Source: Actinomycetota bacterium
GTDB taxonomy: Bacteria; Actinomycetota; Acidimicrobiia; Acidimicrobiales; Ilumatobacteraceae
Length of the DNA stretch: 64,000 nt
Reading direction: 5' to 3'
Assembly (NCBI GenBank): GCA_039796935.1
Contig: JBDKIV010000240.1
Coordinates: 14,376-78,375 of the forward strand
Position numbers and translations under genes: made by a program
In this document: positions 20,825 to 30,437 of the stretch, piece after piece
How positions within the stretch are numbered: the stretch's first letter is position 1
How the letters are laid out: each line of letters opens with the position of its first letter
The notes under the pieces: generated by a model
Told to the model about the DNA's origin: nothing
What the model saw: only the letters and a program-made list of their open reading frames with translations
Databases searched by the model: none

Positions 20825-23386
20825 TCACGGCTGGGCGAGGAGCTGTTCGATGATCCCGACGGCGAAGCCCGGCATCCCGTCGGCTGCTGCCATCCGCGAG
20901 AGCTCGGCGCGGAGCAGCACTCGGCGGTCGTCGTCGAAGCGCTGGAACTGCAGCAGGTCACCGACCAGGCGCACGGCGAGCCCGGCGTTCACGGGCATCA
21001 GCTCGATCAACTCGTCGGTGAAGAGGCGATAGCCCGCCCCGGACCGGTCGTGGAAGACCGTCCGATTGCGGGTGGCGAAGGGGAACCAGACCGCCATCAC
21101 TCTCGAACGATCGCTCCGGTCGTAGAGCGGACCGGCCGCCAGTCGGGCGACTCGCGCGATGGTGTCGCTCCGGCGCGCGCCCGACTGGGCGCGGAGCCAC
21201 CGGTCGACGAGCTTCGGCGACGCTTCCCACCGCCGGAACGTCATCTCGACGAGCGCATCGGCGTCGACGGCATCGAGATGCAGCAACTGGCCGAGCGCCC
21301 GCACGGACCGAGTGGCATCGGCCGAGTCGAGCTGCGCCCGCGCGGCGGCGAGCGCCTCGTCCGAGCCGGTCGCGACGAGCAGGGCGAGGACCGGCTCGAC
21401 GAGCGACCGGGCGGCGATCTGATCGGCACGGTACCCGCCGACGACCCCGGCATCGGTCTGGCGCACGAGGTCGAGGAGGTCGTCGTGGAGCGCAGATCCC
21501 AGCACCGTGCGAAGGTGTGCCAGCCCGCCGCCGACCCCGTCGACATCGATGCGCGGCTCGCGATCACCCAGCATGAACTCGTCGGGCACGGCCAGCAACT
21601 GCGCGAGCAGCATGGGTTCGGTGCCGCCGCGACGGATCAGGTCGCGCAGGGCGGCGGCGAGCGCGTCGAGGCAGGGCTGAGCGGCGGCGGTGTCACCGTG
21701 CCGGTGCGCATCGATCGCTGCGATCATCAGCTCTTCCGATGCCCACCAGCGCACATAGGCGTCGTCGTCGTGGCGGACCAGTGCGGCGAGATGCTCGACC
21801 GGGAGCGCGCAGGTGAGATCGACCGGTGCCGAGTAGCCCCGCAGCGGCGAGACGACGAGTGCCTCGGCCGGGGTGTCGGCGTCGGGTCGCAGCACCCACC
21901 GGGCCTCCCGGCCGCTGAGCACCTCGGTCCGAGGTGCGCTGGCTCGACGGCCGTCGAGCGTGCGCAGTGCGAGCACGACCGGCATGGCGAGTGGCGGGTC
22001 GTCGGTGAGGGCGTCGGTCCGTCGAGCGTCGACGACCACCGCGCCGTCCTCGTGCCCGACGGTCAGCTCGAGCGACGGCCGGCCGGCGGTGACGAACCAG
22101 CGCGCGACCCCGTCGATCGCGGCGGCACGGTCGGGTGCGAGTTCACGAGCGAGTCCGACGAACTCGTCGACGCCGGTGGACGCCAGGTCGTAGCGGCGGA
22201 CGAACTCGGCGAACACCGCCGCCCACGTCTGCTCGCCGAGCAGCGTGCGCAGCATCCCGAAGATCTCGGCACCCTTCAGGTAGGTGGTGCGCGTGTAGAG
22301 CTGCGACGGATCGTCCACCTCTCCGCGGAGCACCGGAGCGCCCATCGTCAGCTCTTCGGGGAACTGCAGCCGACGCAGGTCGAGCACGTCCATCACCCGG
22401 CCGACCGGCCCGAGCCAGTGCCGCCGGTAGTCGTTCTGCCCCATCAAGACGGTGAGGCCTTCCTTCAGCGCCAGCTGACCCCACGACCGCACCGTCACAC
22501 GGTTGCCGCGCACGTGATGGCCGTATTCGTGGGCGATGTTGGCGCAGATGAGGAGCAGGTCGTCGTCGACATGACCACGCTGGTCGACGACGAGGATCGA
22601 CGACTCGAAGAACATGAGGCCGTGGTACTCGGTGGCGTCCGGGTATCCCGGGATGGCGACGAAGGTGAGTACGTCGAGGTCGTGCTCGACACCGCCGTTC
22701 GCCTCGTCGAACGCCATCACGTCGGCCATCCGCTCGAGCGCGAACTCCGAGCCGTCGATCTGGTCGGGGAGCGCCGCGACACGCAGGTCGACCCGGCGAC
22801 CCGAGCGCGTGATGTACGGCTGTGACACCACGCGGAGATCGCCCGCCACGAACGAGAACAGATAGGTCGGTTTCGGTACCGGATCGTCGAAGCGCGCCCA
22901 GTGACGACCGTCGGGCAGCGTGCCCTGCTCGACGAGATGCCCGTTCGAGAGCAGCACGGGGAACGACTCGCGCTCACCCACCAGCGTGACGTCGAAGGTG
23001 GCGCGCTGGTGGGGCGCGTCGACGGCGTAGGTGATCCGCCGGAACCCGTGCGGTTCGCAGGTGCTGCTCAGCAGCTCGGGACGGGCCGTGATGCCCGCAT
23101 CATTGATGCCTCCGGGCACGACGTTCACCGAGGTGCCCACCACGTGATCACCGGGGGTGAGCGAGACCGTCAGCGTTCGATCGGTCTGCTGGTAGCGATC
23201 GGACGCCACGACCTCGCCGTCGATGCGCACCTCGAGCAGTTCGAGGCCACGCCCGTCGAGCACGAGGGGCACCTCGGCCGGGCCGTCTCCCGACGGCATC
23301 GAGACGTGGAGGTCGGTGTCGACCCCGACCCGGTGTGCGCTCAGATCGAGGCGCATCGTCACGTGGTCGACACGCCACGTGGACAT
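20825..23386 (-). CDS. pepN: Aminopeptidase N (M1 family)
   Basis: HEYGHHVRGNRVT..(18)..LKEG is the HExxH-x18-E zinc motif, with a GAMEN-like region upstream. The ATG at 23384-23386 shares 1 nt with the upstream stop. Confidence 0.9.
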   Translation of the reverse strand: MSTWRVDHVTMRLDLSAHRVGVDTDLHVSMPSGDGPAEVPLVLDGRGLELLEVRIDGEVVASDRYQQTDRTLTVSLTPGDHVVGTSVNVVPGGINDAGITARPELLSSTCEPHGFRRITYAVDAPHQRATFDVTLVGERESFPVLLSNGHLVEQGTLPDGRHWARFDDPVPKPTYLFSFVAGDLRVVSQPYITRSGRRVDLRVAALPDQIDGSEFALERMADVMAFDEANGGVEHDLDVLTFVAIPGYPDATEYHGLMFFESSILVVDQRGHVDDDLLLICANIAHEYGHHVRGNRVTVRSWGQLALKEGLTVLMGQNDYRRHWLGPVGRVMDVLDLRRLQFPEELTMGAPVLRGEVDDPSQLYTRTTYLKGAEIFGMLRTLLGEQTWAAVFAEFVRRYDLASTGVDEFVGLARELAPDRAAAIDGVARWFVTAGRPSLELTVGHEDGAVVVDARRTDALTDDPPLAMPVVLALRTLDGRRASAPRTEVLSGREARWVLRPDADTPAEALVVSPLRGYSAPVDLTCALPVEHLAALVRHDDDAYVRWWASEELMIAAIDAHRHGDTAAAQPCLDALAAALRDLIRRGGTEPMLLAQLLAVPDEFMLGDREPRIDVDGVGGGLAHLRTVLGSALHDDLLDLVRQTDAGVVGGYRADQIAARSLVEPVLALLVATGSDEALAAARAQLDSADATRSVRALGQLLHLDAVDADALVEMTFRRWEASPKLVDRWLRAQSGARRSDTIARVARLAAGPLYDRSDRSRVMAVWFPFATRNRTVFHDRSGAGYRLFTDELIELMPVNAGLAVRLVGDLLQFQRFDDDRRVLLRAELSRMAAADGMPGFAVGIIEQLLAQP

Positions 23387-24684
23387 CAGCGGCGCCCGAG
23401 GAACTCGCCGACCAGGCCGACCACCGTGTCGATCTCGTCGAGTGTGTTGTAGTGCGTCGGCCCGATCCGTACGACCCCGCCCTGGTCGGCCAGGCCGAGC
23501 CACTCGACGACCGGCAACGCGTACGAGTGTCCGTTCCACACGTAGACGCCGTGGGTGTCGAGGAAGGTGGCCATCTCGGCGGGCACCATGCCCTCCGCGG
23601 TGATCGACACGGTGGGCACCCGGCGGCCGAACGCGGCGGGGTCGGTGATGCCGTGCACCCGGACCCCGTCGATCTGCTGCAGGCCGGCGACGAGGCGCTC
23701 GCTGAGGAGCTCTTCGTAGTGGGCCATCGCTGCGAGGCCGGCGTGGATGTCGCGGGTCCGCTCACGCAGATCGGCGGTGCTGGGCCGATGGGCGCCGCCC
23801 ATCTCGGTGCCCACCCACTGGAGGTACTCGAGCGCTCCGATCGTGCCGGCCTGGCCCTCGAGTGACTGCGTGCCGGTCTCCCACCTGTCGGGGCTCTCGT
23901 CGGGCACCACGCGCAACTTGTAGGAGGGGAGCGAATCGAGGAGTTCGCTGCGACCGAACAGCACACCCTGGTGCGGGCCGTAGAACTTGTAGGCCGAGCA
24001 GACGAGGAAATCGCACCCCAACGCCTGGACGTCGATCGGCCCGTGCGGTGCGTACTGCACGGCGTCGATGTAGGTCATCGCACCGGCGGCGCCGAGCATG
24101 CGGCAGGCGGCGGCGACGGGGTTGATCGTGCCGAGGAGGTTGCTGGCGTAGTTGATGGCGGCGAACTTCGTCCTGGGCGTGATCAGCGCGGCGAGTTCGT
24201 CGAGGTCGAGTTCGTACGTGTCACGGTCGAATCCCCAGGTCTTCACCACCAGTCCACGCTCGGCGGCCATCGTGCGCCACGGGGTGTTGTTCCCCTCGTG
24301 CTCCATCGAGGTGATGATGATCTCGTCGCCCTCGGAGAACGTGGGGCCGAGCACCCGGGCCATCATGAAGGTCAGGGTCGTCATGTTCGGACCGAACACG
24401 ACCTCGTGGGGACCGGCGGCGTTGAAGAAGTCGGCCATCGCCAGGTGCGACCGCTCGACCAGATCGGTGGATTCGCGCGAGGTGCGGAAGTTGCCGTGCA
24501 TGTTGGCCTTGAAGTCGACGAGCGCCTCGCGCATCCGGTCGAGGACCTGCACGGGTACCTGGGTCCCGGCCGGGTTGTCGAGATAGACGCGGGGCCGGGT
24601 CGGGTCGTGGGGCAGCGACAACGCCGGGAACTGGGCGCGGAGCGTGTCGAGGTGCAGGGAATGGCTGGAGGAGTTCGCGGTCAC
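23386..24684 (-). CDS. Class V PLP aminotransferase, cysteine desulfurase-like (SufS/CsdA-related)
   Basis: GTG start at 24684 (VTANSSSHSL) with GGAAAG upstream. The PLP-Lys motif is CSAYKFYGPHQG, and RIGPTHYNT lies near the C-terminus. Confidence 0.8.
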   Translation of the reverse strand: MTANSSSHSLHLDTLRAQFPALSLPHDPTRPRVYLDNPAGTQVPVQVLDRMREALVDFKANMHGNFRTSRESTDLVERSHLAMADFFNAAGPHEVVFGPNMTTLTFMMARVLGPTFSEGDEIIITSMEHEGNNTPWRTMAAERGLVVKTWGFDRDTYELDLDELAALITPRTKFAAINYASNLLGTINPVAAACRMLGAAGAMTYIDAVQYAPHGPIDVQALGCDFLVCSAYKFYGPHQGVLFGRSELLDSLPSYKLRVVPDESPDRWETGTQSLEGQAGTIGALEYLQWVGTEMGGAHRPSTADLRERTRDIHAGLAAMAHYEELLSERLVAGLQQIDGVRVHGITDPAAFGRRVPTVSITAEGMVPAEMATFLDTHGVYVWNGHSYALPVVEWLGLADQGGVVRIGPTHYNTLDEIDTVVGLVGEFLGRR

Positions 24685-24717
24685 GTGGTCATCTTTCCGG
24701 TCGGACTGCTGGCGTCG

Positions 24718-24734
24718 TCTTGTACGGTGTGCAA
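24718..24734. promoter_or_regulatory. Degenerate copy (13/17) of the 17-mer operator-like motif: TCTTGTACGGTGTGCAA
   Basis: Lies in the 60-nt divergent region between the sufS-like start (24684) and the serine hydrolase start (24745). Palindromic core is TTGTAC-N3-GTGCAA. Confidence 0.4.
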
Positions 24735-24744
24735 CAGTAGCGCG

Positions 24745-26157
24745 ATGGAAGACAGCGAGTCGCGCCAGCGTGCCGTCGAGCACGGGTTGGTGCCGATCGT
24801 GCGGATCGCCGATCATCCGGTGCACTGGACCATCGACGAACGCCTGCAGCACTACGCCTGCCCGGGCGCGGCCGTGGCCGTCATGCACGACGGACGACTC
24901 GACTGGGCGGCCGGATACGGCGTGCGCGACGTCGACCAGCCCGGTCCCGTGGGCCCCGACACGGTGTTCATGGTGGCATCGTGCAGCAAGCCCGTCACGG
25001 CGATGCTCGTGCTCCAGCAGGTCGAGCGAGGAGCGCTCGACCTCGACACCGACGTCAACCGCTATCTGCGCCGATGGCAGGTGCCTGTCGACGAGTTCAC
25101 GAGCGAGCAACCCGTGACGCTGCGCCACATCCTCAGCCACACCGCCGGCCTGACCGTCAACGGGTTCGGCGTCACCCCGCGCGACGGCCGACCGGTCGCC
25201 ACGTCGCTCGATCTGTTGAACGGAACACCACCGTCGGCAGAGCGACCGGTACGCGTCGACAAGCACTACGACGGGACGAGTCGCTACTCGGGGGGTGGCT
25301 ACGTCATCGCCCAGTTCGTGCTCGAGGACGTGCTGGGCACCGACTTCGCCGACCTCGCCCAGACCACGCTCTTCGGGCCGCTGGGCATGACCAACTCGAC
25401 GTTCCGCCACCCTCTGCCCGAGCGGTTCCACCACGATGTCGCATCGGGTCACGGCGACGACGGCCGGGCGCATGCCGGCGGCTGGATGCTCTCGAGCGAG
25501 ATGGCGGCGGGCGGATTGTTCAGCACGGCACGCGACTACGCGACGTTCCTGCTCGCCTGCCGCGCCTCGTTCCACGGCGAACGCGGCGCACCGCTCGGGC
25601 GGTCACTCGCCCGCGAGATGATGACGCGTCACGACCGCGGCGAGTTCGGTCTGGGCGTACGGGTCCTCGGAAACGATTCGACCGCTCGTTTCAACCACGG
25701 CGGCTCGAACGACGGCTACCAGAGCGAGACCAACACGTACCTCGAATCGGGCGATGGGGCCGTCGTGCTCACCAACGCCACCTCCGGCCTGTTCCTGTAC
25801 CGCGAGATCCACAACGGCATCGCCGAGGTCTACGACTGGCCCGAGTACCTGCTCACCCCGAAGCGTCTGCGCACGCTCAGCGACGACGAGATGCAGCGCT
25901 ACGTCGGGTCGTACCGCATCAAGATCGGTATCGAACTGCCCTTCATCGAGGTCTGGGTCGAGGACGGACGCCTGCTCAGCCAGGTGCCCGGCCTGCGCTT
26001 CGGTGTGCAGGAGACGTTCTGCGACGAACACGGCGTGCTGTTCCAGCAGACGGGTCCGTTCGAGACCTACGTCGAGTTCGGGCCCGATGGCCGAGCCCAG
26101 GAACTGGCCGTCCGCGAGGGAGCGGTCGAGTTCATCCGTGCCGAACGAGTCTCTTGA
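24745..26157 (+). CDS. Serine hydrolase, class C beta-lactamase / D-aminopeptidase-like fold
   Basis: ATG 24745. SxxK motif VASCSKPVTAM, YSGGGY (YxN-like), HGGSNDGY. The C-terminal about 100-aa beta domain is as in paralog 32608..34017. Confidence 0.8.
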   Translation: MEDSESRQRAVEHGLVPIVRIADHPVHWTIDERLQHYACPGAAVAVMHDGRLDWAAGYGVRDVDQPGPVGPDTVFMVASCSKPVTAMLVLQQVERGALDLDTDVNRYLRRWQVPVDEFTSEQPVTLRHILSHTAGLTVNGFGVTPRDGRPVATSLDLLNGTPPSAERPVRVDKHYDGTSRYSGGGYVIAQFVLEDVLGTDFADLAQTTLFGPLGMTNSTFRHPLPERFHHDVASGHGDDGRAHAGGWMLSSEMAAGGLFSTARDYATFLLACRASFHGERGAPLGRSLAREMMTRHDRGEFGLGVRVLGNDSTARFNHGGSNDGYQSETNTYLESGDGAVVLTNATSGLFLYREIHNGIAEVYDWPEYLLTPKRLRTLSDDEMQRYVGSYRIKIGIELPFIEVWVEDGRLLSQVPGLRFGVQETFCDEHGVLFQQTGPFETYVEFGPDGRAQELAVREGAVEFIRAERVS

Positions 26158-26168
26158 ACAGCGTACAA
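26152..26168. promoter_or_regulatory. Operator-like 17-mer TCTTGAACAGCGTACAA (imperfect palindrome TTGAAC-N3-GTACAA)
   Basis: Identical to 39043-39059. AT-rich in a GC-rich genome. Sits 35 nt upstream of the SBP start codon and overlaps the stop of the preceding hydrolase gene. Confidence 0.5.
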
Positions 26169-26203
26169 TCCTGACCGAAGGTCACTGACAGGGGGAGCCA
26201 ACC

Positions 26204-27898
26204 ATGACCAACCTCATTCGCCGGTCCCGCGCCCGTTCGCGCGGCCTCGCCGGGCTGGCGGCACTCGCCGTTCTCGCCGCTGCGTGCGGCGGGAACGATC
26301 CGGCCGCATCGAGCACGACCGCGGCGCCCGAGGTGACCAGCGCCTCGAGCGAACCGCCGGCCACGGAAGCCCCGGTGTTCACCAATGCGCCGACGACCAC
26401 CAACCCCGAGATCGTCGCCACACCGGGCGGCACACTCACCATCGCCCTCGACGGCGAGTCGACCGGCTTCCACCCGCACGTCGACGCGTGGGCGAACGCC
26501 GGCCACAACGTCGCGAAGGCCGTCTTCGAGACCCTGATGGCCTTCGACGCCTCCGGCAAGCCGGTGCCGTACCTCGCCGAGTCGATCGAGGCGAACGACG
26601 ACGCAACGGTGTGGACCATCACGCTCCGCTCGGGGATCACCTTCCACAACGGCGAGGCCTTCGATGCCGAGGCCGTCAAGCTCAACTTCGAGTCGATCCT
26701 CGCCAGCGCCCAGTTCAAGGACCAACTCGCGCTGGTCGCCTCGTTGAACGTCGTCGACGAACTCACCCTCGACGTGACGATGAGCCAGCCATGGGGCACG
26801 TTCCCGACGGTCCTCACCGGTGACATCGGATCGCAGGTCGGCTACATGGCCGCCCCGGCGATGCTCGCCTCACCCGACGGAGGCCGCAACCCGATCGGTA
26901 CCGGACCGTTCACCTTCGTCGAATGGATCCCCGACGGACAGCTCACGGTGGCGAAGAACGCCGACTACTGGCAGGGGCCGGTGTACCTCGACGAGGTGAT
27001 CTTCCGACCCATCCCCGACCCGACGAGCCGGAAGGCCGCCTTCGACGCGGGCGACGTCGACCTGTACTACACCGGCGACAGCGGTGACATCGTCGAGTAT
27101 CTGGCGCAGCAAGAGGCCGGTGACGTCAACGTCACCATCGGTGCGCCCAGCAGCCCCGACGTCGTGATGTTCAACACCCGCTCGGCACCCCTCGACGACG
27201 TCCGTGTGCGCCGCGCCCTCGTCATGGCCGTCGACATCCCCCGCCTCTACGACTACCTCGAAGCGACCGGGGTGAAGCGGCCGCTCAGCGGCCCGTATGC
27301 CGACGACTCGTTCTGGTTCGCCGAGAGCAACTACCCCGAGTACGACCCCGCCGGGGCGAAGGCGCTCATCGACGAGTACGTGGCCGAGACCGGCACTCCC
27401 GTCGAGTTCGAGTTCGCCGGCAACCAGAGCCCGTTCCTCGTCAGCTACCAAGAGCTGTTCCAGTCGATGTGGTCCGAGATCGGCGCCACCGCCAACATCG
27501 TCTCGCGGGCACAGAGCGAGAACGTGAATGCCGTGATCGGCGGCGACTTCCAGGTCGTGCTGTGGGGCGGTATCGGCGGCGGCGACCCCGACAAGGACTA
27601 CCAGTACTTCCACTCCAGCGGCTTCAACTTCTCGGGCTTCAACACGCCGACGATCGATGCCGCGATGGACGAGGGGCGCAGGCTGTCCGACCCGGATGCC
27701 CGCAAGGAGCAGTACGCGATCGTCCAGCAGGAACTCGGTGACGCGGTGCCGTACATCTGGACCGGCACCAACCAGTTCGCCGTGATCGCCCAGAGCGCCG
27801 TGATGGGAGTCGCCGAGTTCATGCTGCCCGGCGACGTCGCCGGTCAGCCGCTCACCGGCGGCCAACTCTTCCTGAACGGCGTTTGGCTGATGCAGTGA
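26204..27898 (+). CDS. ABC transporter substrate-binding lipoprotein, family 5 (peptide/nickel type)
   Basis: Signal plus lipobox LAAACGG. Length 564 aa. Typical DppA/OppA-like blocks (GPFTFVEWIPDGQLTVAKNADYW). GGGGGAG RBS upstream. Confidence 0.85.
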   Translation: MTNLIRRSRARSRGLAGLAALAVLAAACGGNDPAASSTTAAPEVTSASSEPPATEAPVFTNAPTTTNPEIVATPGGTLTIALDGESTGFHPHVDAWANAGHNVAKAVFETLMAFDASGKPVPYLAESIEANDDATVWTITLRSGITFHNGEAFDAEAVKLNFESILASAQFKDQLALVASLNVVDELTLDVTMSQPWGTFPTVLTGDIGSQVGYMAAPAMLASPDGGRNPIGTGPFTFVEWIPDGQLTVAKNADYWQGPVYLDEVIFRPIPDPTSRKAAFDAGDVDLYYTGDSGDIVEYLAQQEAGDVNVTIGAPSSPDVVMFNTRSAPLDDVRVRRALVMAVDIPRLYDYLEATGVKRPLSGPYADDSFWFAESNYPEYDPAGAKALIDEYVAETGTPVEFEFAGNQSPFLVSYQELFQSMWSEIGATANIVSRAQSENVNAVIGGDFQVVLWGGIGGGDPDKDYQYFHSSGFNFSGFNTPTIDAAMDEGRRLSDPDARKEQYAIVQQELGDAVPYIWTGTNQFAVIAQSAVMGVAEFMLPGDVAGQPLTGGQLFLNGVWLMQ

Positions 27899-28848
27899 CC
27901 GTACTGGTGTCGCGCATCGCCCGCCTGCTGGCCGTGCTGCTGGCGGTGACCGCAGCGTCGTACGGCATGGTCAGCCTGCTCCCGGGCGACACCGTGACGG
28001 CAGTGCTGGGCGAGCGCGCCTCCGAAGAGGACCGCGCCGCGGCCCGCGAAGAACTCCACCTCGACGATCCGCTCCCCGTGCGGTACGTGCGCTGGCTGGG
28101 CGACGCCGTCACCGGCGACCTCGGCTCGTCGTACCGCACGGGACAGCCGGTCACCGAGGCGCTCGGGCAGAGGATCTGGGTGACGATCGAGCTGGTGGTG
28201 ATGTCACAGTTGATCGCCTTGGCGATCGCCGTCCCGATGGCGGTCGCCGGCGCCCTCCGACCCGGGTCGTGGCTCGACCGGGTGCTGAGCGGGACGCAAC
28301 TGGCGATGTTGGCGCTGCCCGGCTATCTGGTGGCCGTCGGCCTCATGGCGATCTTCGCCGTCCGTCTCGGGTGGTTCGACACCAGCGGCTACGTGACGTT
28401 CACGGACAACCCGCTGCGCAACATCCGCTCGCTGCTGCTCCCGGCGATCGCGCTGGGCGTCGAACAGGTGGCGCTCTATGCGCGAGTGCTCCGTACCGAT
28501 CTGGTCACGACCTTCGACCAGGACTTCATCTGGTTCGCCCGCGCCAAGGGCAACTCGACCCGTCGGATCGTTCTCCGCCATGCACTGCGCCCGTCGTCGA
28601 TCGGCCTCGTCACGTTGACGGGCATCTCCCTCGGGCGGATGATCGGGGCGACCGTGCTCGTCGAGGTGATCTTCTCGCTGCCAGGTCTCGGCCGGTTCAC
28701 GATCGACGCGATCAACAACCGTGACTTCATCGCCCTCCAGGGTGCGGTGGTCGTGCTCACCACGGTGTTCGTGCTGGTGAACTTCGCCGTCGACCTCCTC
28801 CACGGCGTGATCGATCCGCGCATCCGGCACGCGGAGCGCGCCGCATGA
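27895..28848 (+). CDS. ABC transporter permease (DppB/OppB-like)
   Basis: Six TM helices and an EAA-like loop (FIWFARAKGNSTRRIVLRHALRPS). GTG 27895 overlaps the SBP stop; the TTG at 27883 is an alternative. Confidence 0.85.
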   Translation: MTVLVSRIARLLAVLLAVTAASYGMVSLLPGDTVTAVLGERASEEDRAAAREELHLDDPLPVRYVRWLGDAVTGDLGSSYRTGQPVTEALGQRIWVTIELVVMSQLIALAIAVPMAVAGALRPGSWLDRVLSGTQLAMLALPGYLVAVGLMAIFAVRLGWFDTSGYVTFTDNPLRNIRSLLLPAIALGVEQVALYARVLRTDLVTTFDQDFIWFARAKGNSTRRIVLRHALRPSSIGLVTLTGISLGRMIGATVLVEVIFSLPGLGRFTIDAINNRDFIALQGAVVVLTTVFVLVNFAVDLLHGVIDPRIRHAERAA

Positions 28849-29678
28849 GTGCACCCGTGCGCCAGCGATGGGGTGTCGCCGTCTGGATGTCGGTCGGCTG
28901 GCTGGTCGTCATCACGGTCGCCGCCGTCTTCGCCGACGTGTTGCCCCTCGCCGACCCGACCGACACGCGTGCGGGGATCCCCCTCTCGGTGCCCACATCG
29001 CAGAACTGGCTCGGGACCGACCAGCTCGGACGGGACCTGCTGTCGCGCACCATCCACGGCGCACGGGTGTCGCTCGTGGTCGGTGTCGCTGCGGTACTGC
29101 TGTCGGCCGTCGTCGGCGGTGCGATCGGTCTGATCGCCGGCTACTTCCGTCGCCGTGTCGAGACGATCACCCTGTTCACCGTCGACGTCTTGATGGCGTT
29201 CCCGACGATGCTGCTCGCCGCGTCGATCGTCGCCTTCACCGACCGGCGCGGCCTCGCCACGGTGGTGATGGTGATCGCCCTGATCTACCTCGGCCCCACC
29301 ATCCGGATCGTTCGCGCCCTCACGTTGACGATCGCCACGCGCGAGTTCGTGCTGGCCGCCCGTTCGGTCGGGGCACGGCATGGTCGGGTCATCCGGCGTG
29401 AGATCCTGCCCAATGCCCTGCCCACCGTGGTGTCGATGATGGTGGTCGCGATCGCCGGGGCGATCGTCGCCGAGGGTGGCCTCGCCTATCTCAACTTGTC
29501 GGTGCCGCCCCCGCAACCGACGTGGGGTTCGATGATCGCCGCGGGTCAGCCGAAGATCGACGAGAGCCTGTACCCGGTGCTCGTGCCGGGTGGCGCGCTG
29601 TTCCTCACCGTGCTGGCCCTGACGCTCATCGGCGACGCGATCCAGAAGCGGCAGCGCCGCGACATCGGGGCGGTCTAA
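28845..29678 (+). CDS. ABC transporter permease (DppC/OppC-like)
   Basis: ATGA overlap with the upstream permease. EAA-like loop REFVLAARSVGARHGRVIRREILPN. Confidence 0.85.
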   Translation: MSAPVRQRWGVAVWMSVGWLVVITVAAVFADVLPLADPTDTRAGIPLSVPTSQNWLGTDQLGRDLLSRTIHGARVSLVVGVAAVLLSAVVGGAIGLIAGYFRRRVETITLFTVDVLMAFPTMLLAASIVAFTDRRGLATVVMVIALIYLGPTIRIVRALTLTIATREFVLAARSVGARHGRVIRREILPNALPTVVSMMVVAIAGAIVAEGGLAYLNLSVPPPQPTWGSMIAAGQPKIDESLYPVLVPGGALFLTVLALTLIGDAIQKRQRRDIGAV

Positions 29679-30385
29679 CGGCGTCGCTGCAGTTGCGCTG
29701 CCAGACCGTCGATGAGGACCCGGAGCAAGAACTCGAACGAATCGTCGAGCGAGGCCGCATCACCCGAGGACCACTTGATCGACAGCGCTCGATTGGCGAG
29801 CTGATCGATGTGGCCCGTGATGTGCGGGAACTGCTGCGGATCGAGATTCCGCAAGACCTCGTCCGATCCGTCGTCCGACGGCTCGGGGCCGGCCGTCAGC
29901 AACGACAGCTCGAGCAGCACGAAGCCCTGTACTGCCCCGAGCAGGGCATTGAACGCGTGGACCACGTCGTCGCCGAGACCGAGCGCCGCGAGTCGCCCCA
30001 CGATCGCATCCGGGATCATCAGGGCATCGGTGTTGCGAGCGCGCTCGACCGTCACCAACCAGGCGACGTTCGGCTGACGATGGGCGTTGGCGCGGAAGCG
30101 GTACGCCAGTTCGAACATCCACTCCCGCCAGTCGGTGACCTCGGGGATCTCGACGGCCGACACCCACCGGTGCTCGATGAGGCCGAGCAGCTGCGCACGG
30201 TCGCCGACGTGCCAGTAGAGCGTCGCCGGGAACACGCCGAGCTCGGATGCGAGGGCGCGCATGCTGAACTGGTGCGGGCCTCGGTCGTTGATCAGCGAGA
30301 TCGCCGCATCGACGATCGCATCGCTGGTGATCGGCGTCTCGGCACGGGCGCCACGCCGGCGAGGTGTCGAGCGGGTCGCTGTCAT
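29675..30385 (-). CDS. TetR family transcriptional regulator
   Basis: ATG 30385 preceded by AGGAGG. HTH is DAIVDAAISLINDRGPHQFSMRALASELGVFPATLYWHVGDRAQL. Confidence 0.85.
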   Translation of the reverse strand: MTATRSTPRRRGARAETPITSDAIVDAAISLINDRGPHQFSMRALASELGVFPATLYWHVGDRAQLLGLIEHRWVSAVEIPEVTDWREWMFELAYRFRANAHRQPNVAWLVTVERARNTDALMIPDAIVGRLAALGLGDDVVHAFNALLGAVQGFVLLELSLLTAGPEPSDDGSDEVLRNLDPQQFPHITGHIDQLANRALSIKWSSGDAASLDDSFEFLLRVLIDGLAAQLQRRR

Positions 30386-30437
30386 GAGGCCTCCTGGGCG
30401 ACACCGCTGCCGCCACCGTTCGACGATGACTGTACCG

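Noticed and set aside
26154-26169. TTGAAC and TACAAT within the 17-mer read as -35 and -10 promoter hexamers
   Set aside because: They are separated by only 4 nt instead of about 17. The element is better explained as a palindromic operator, although TACAAT alone could still serve as a -10.
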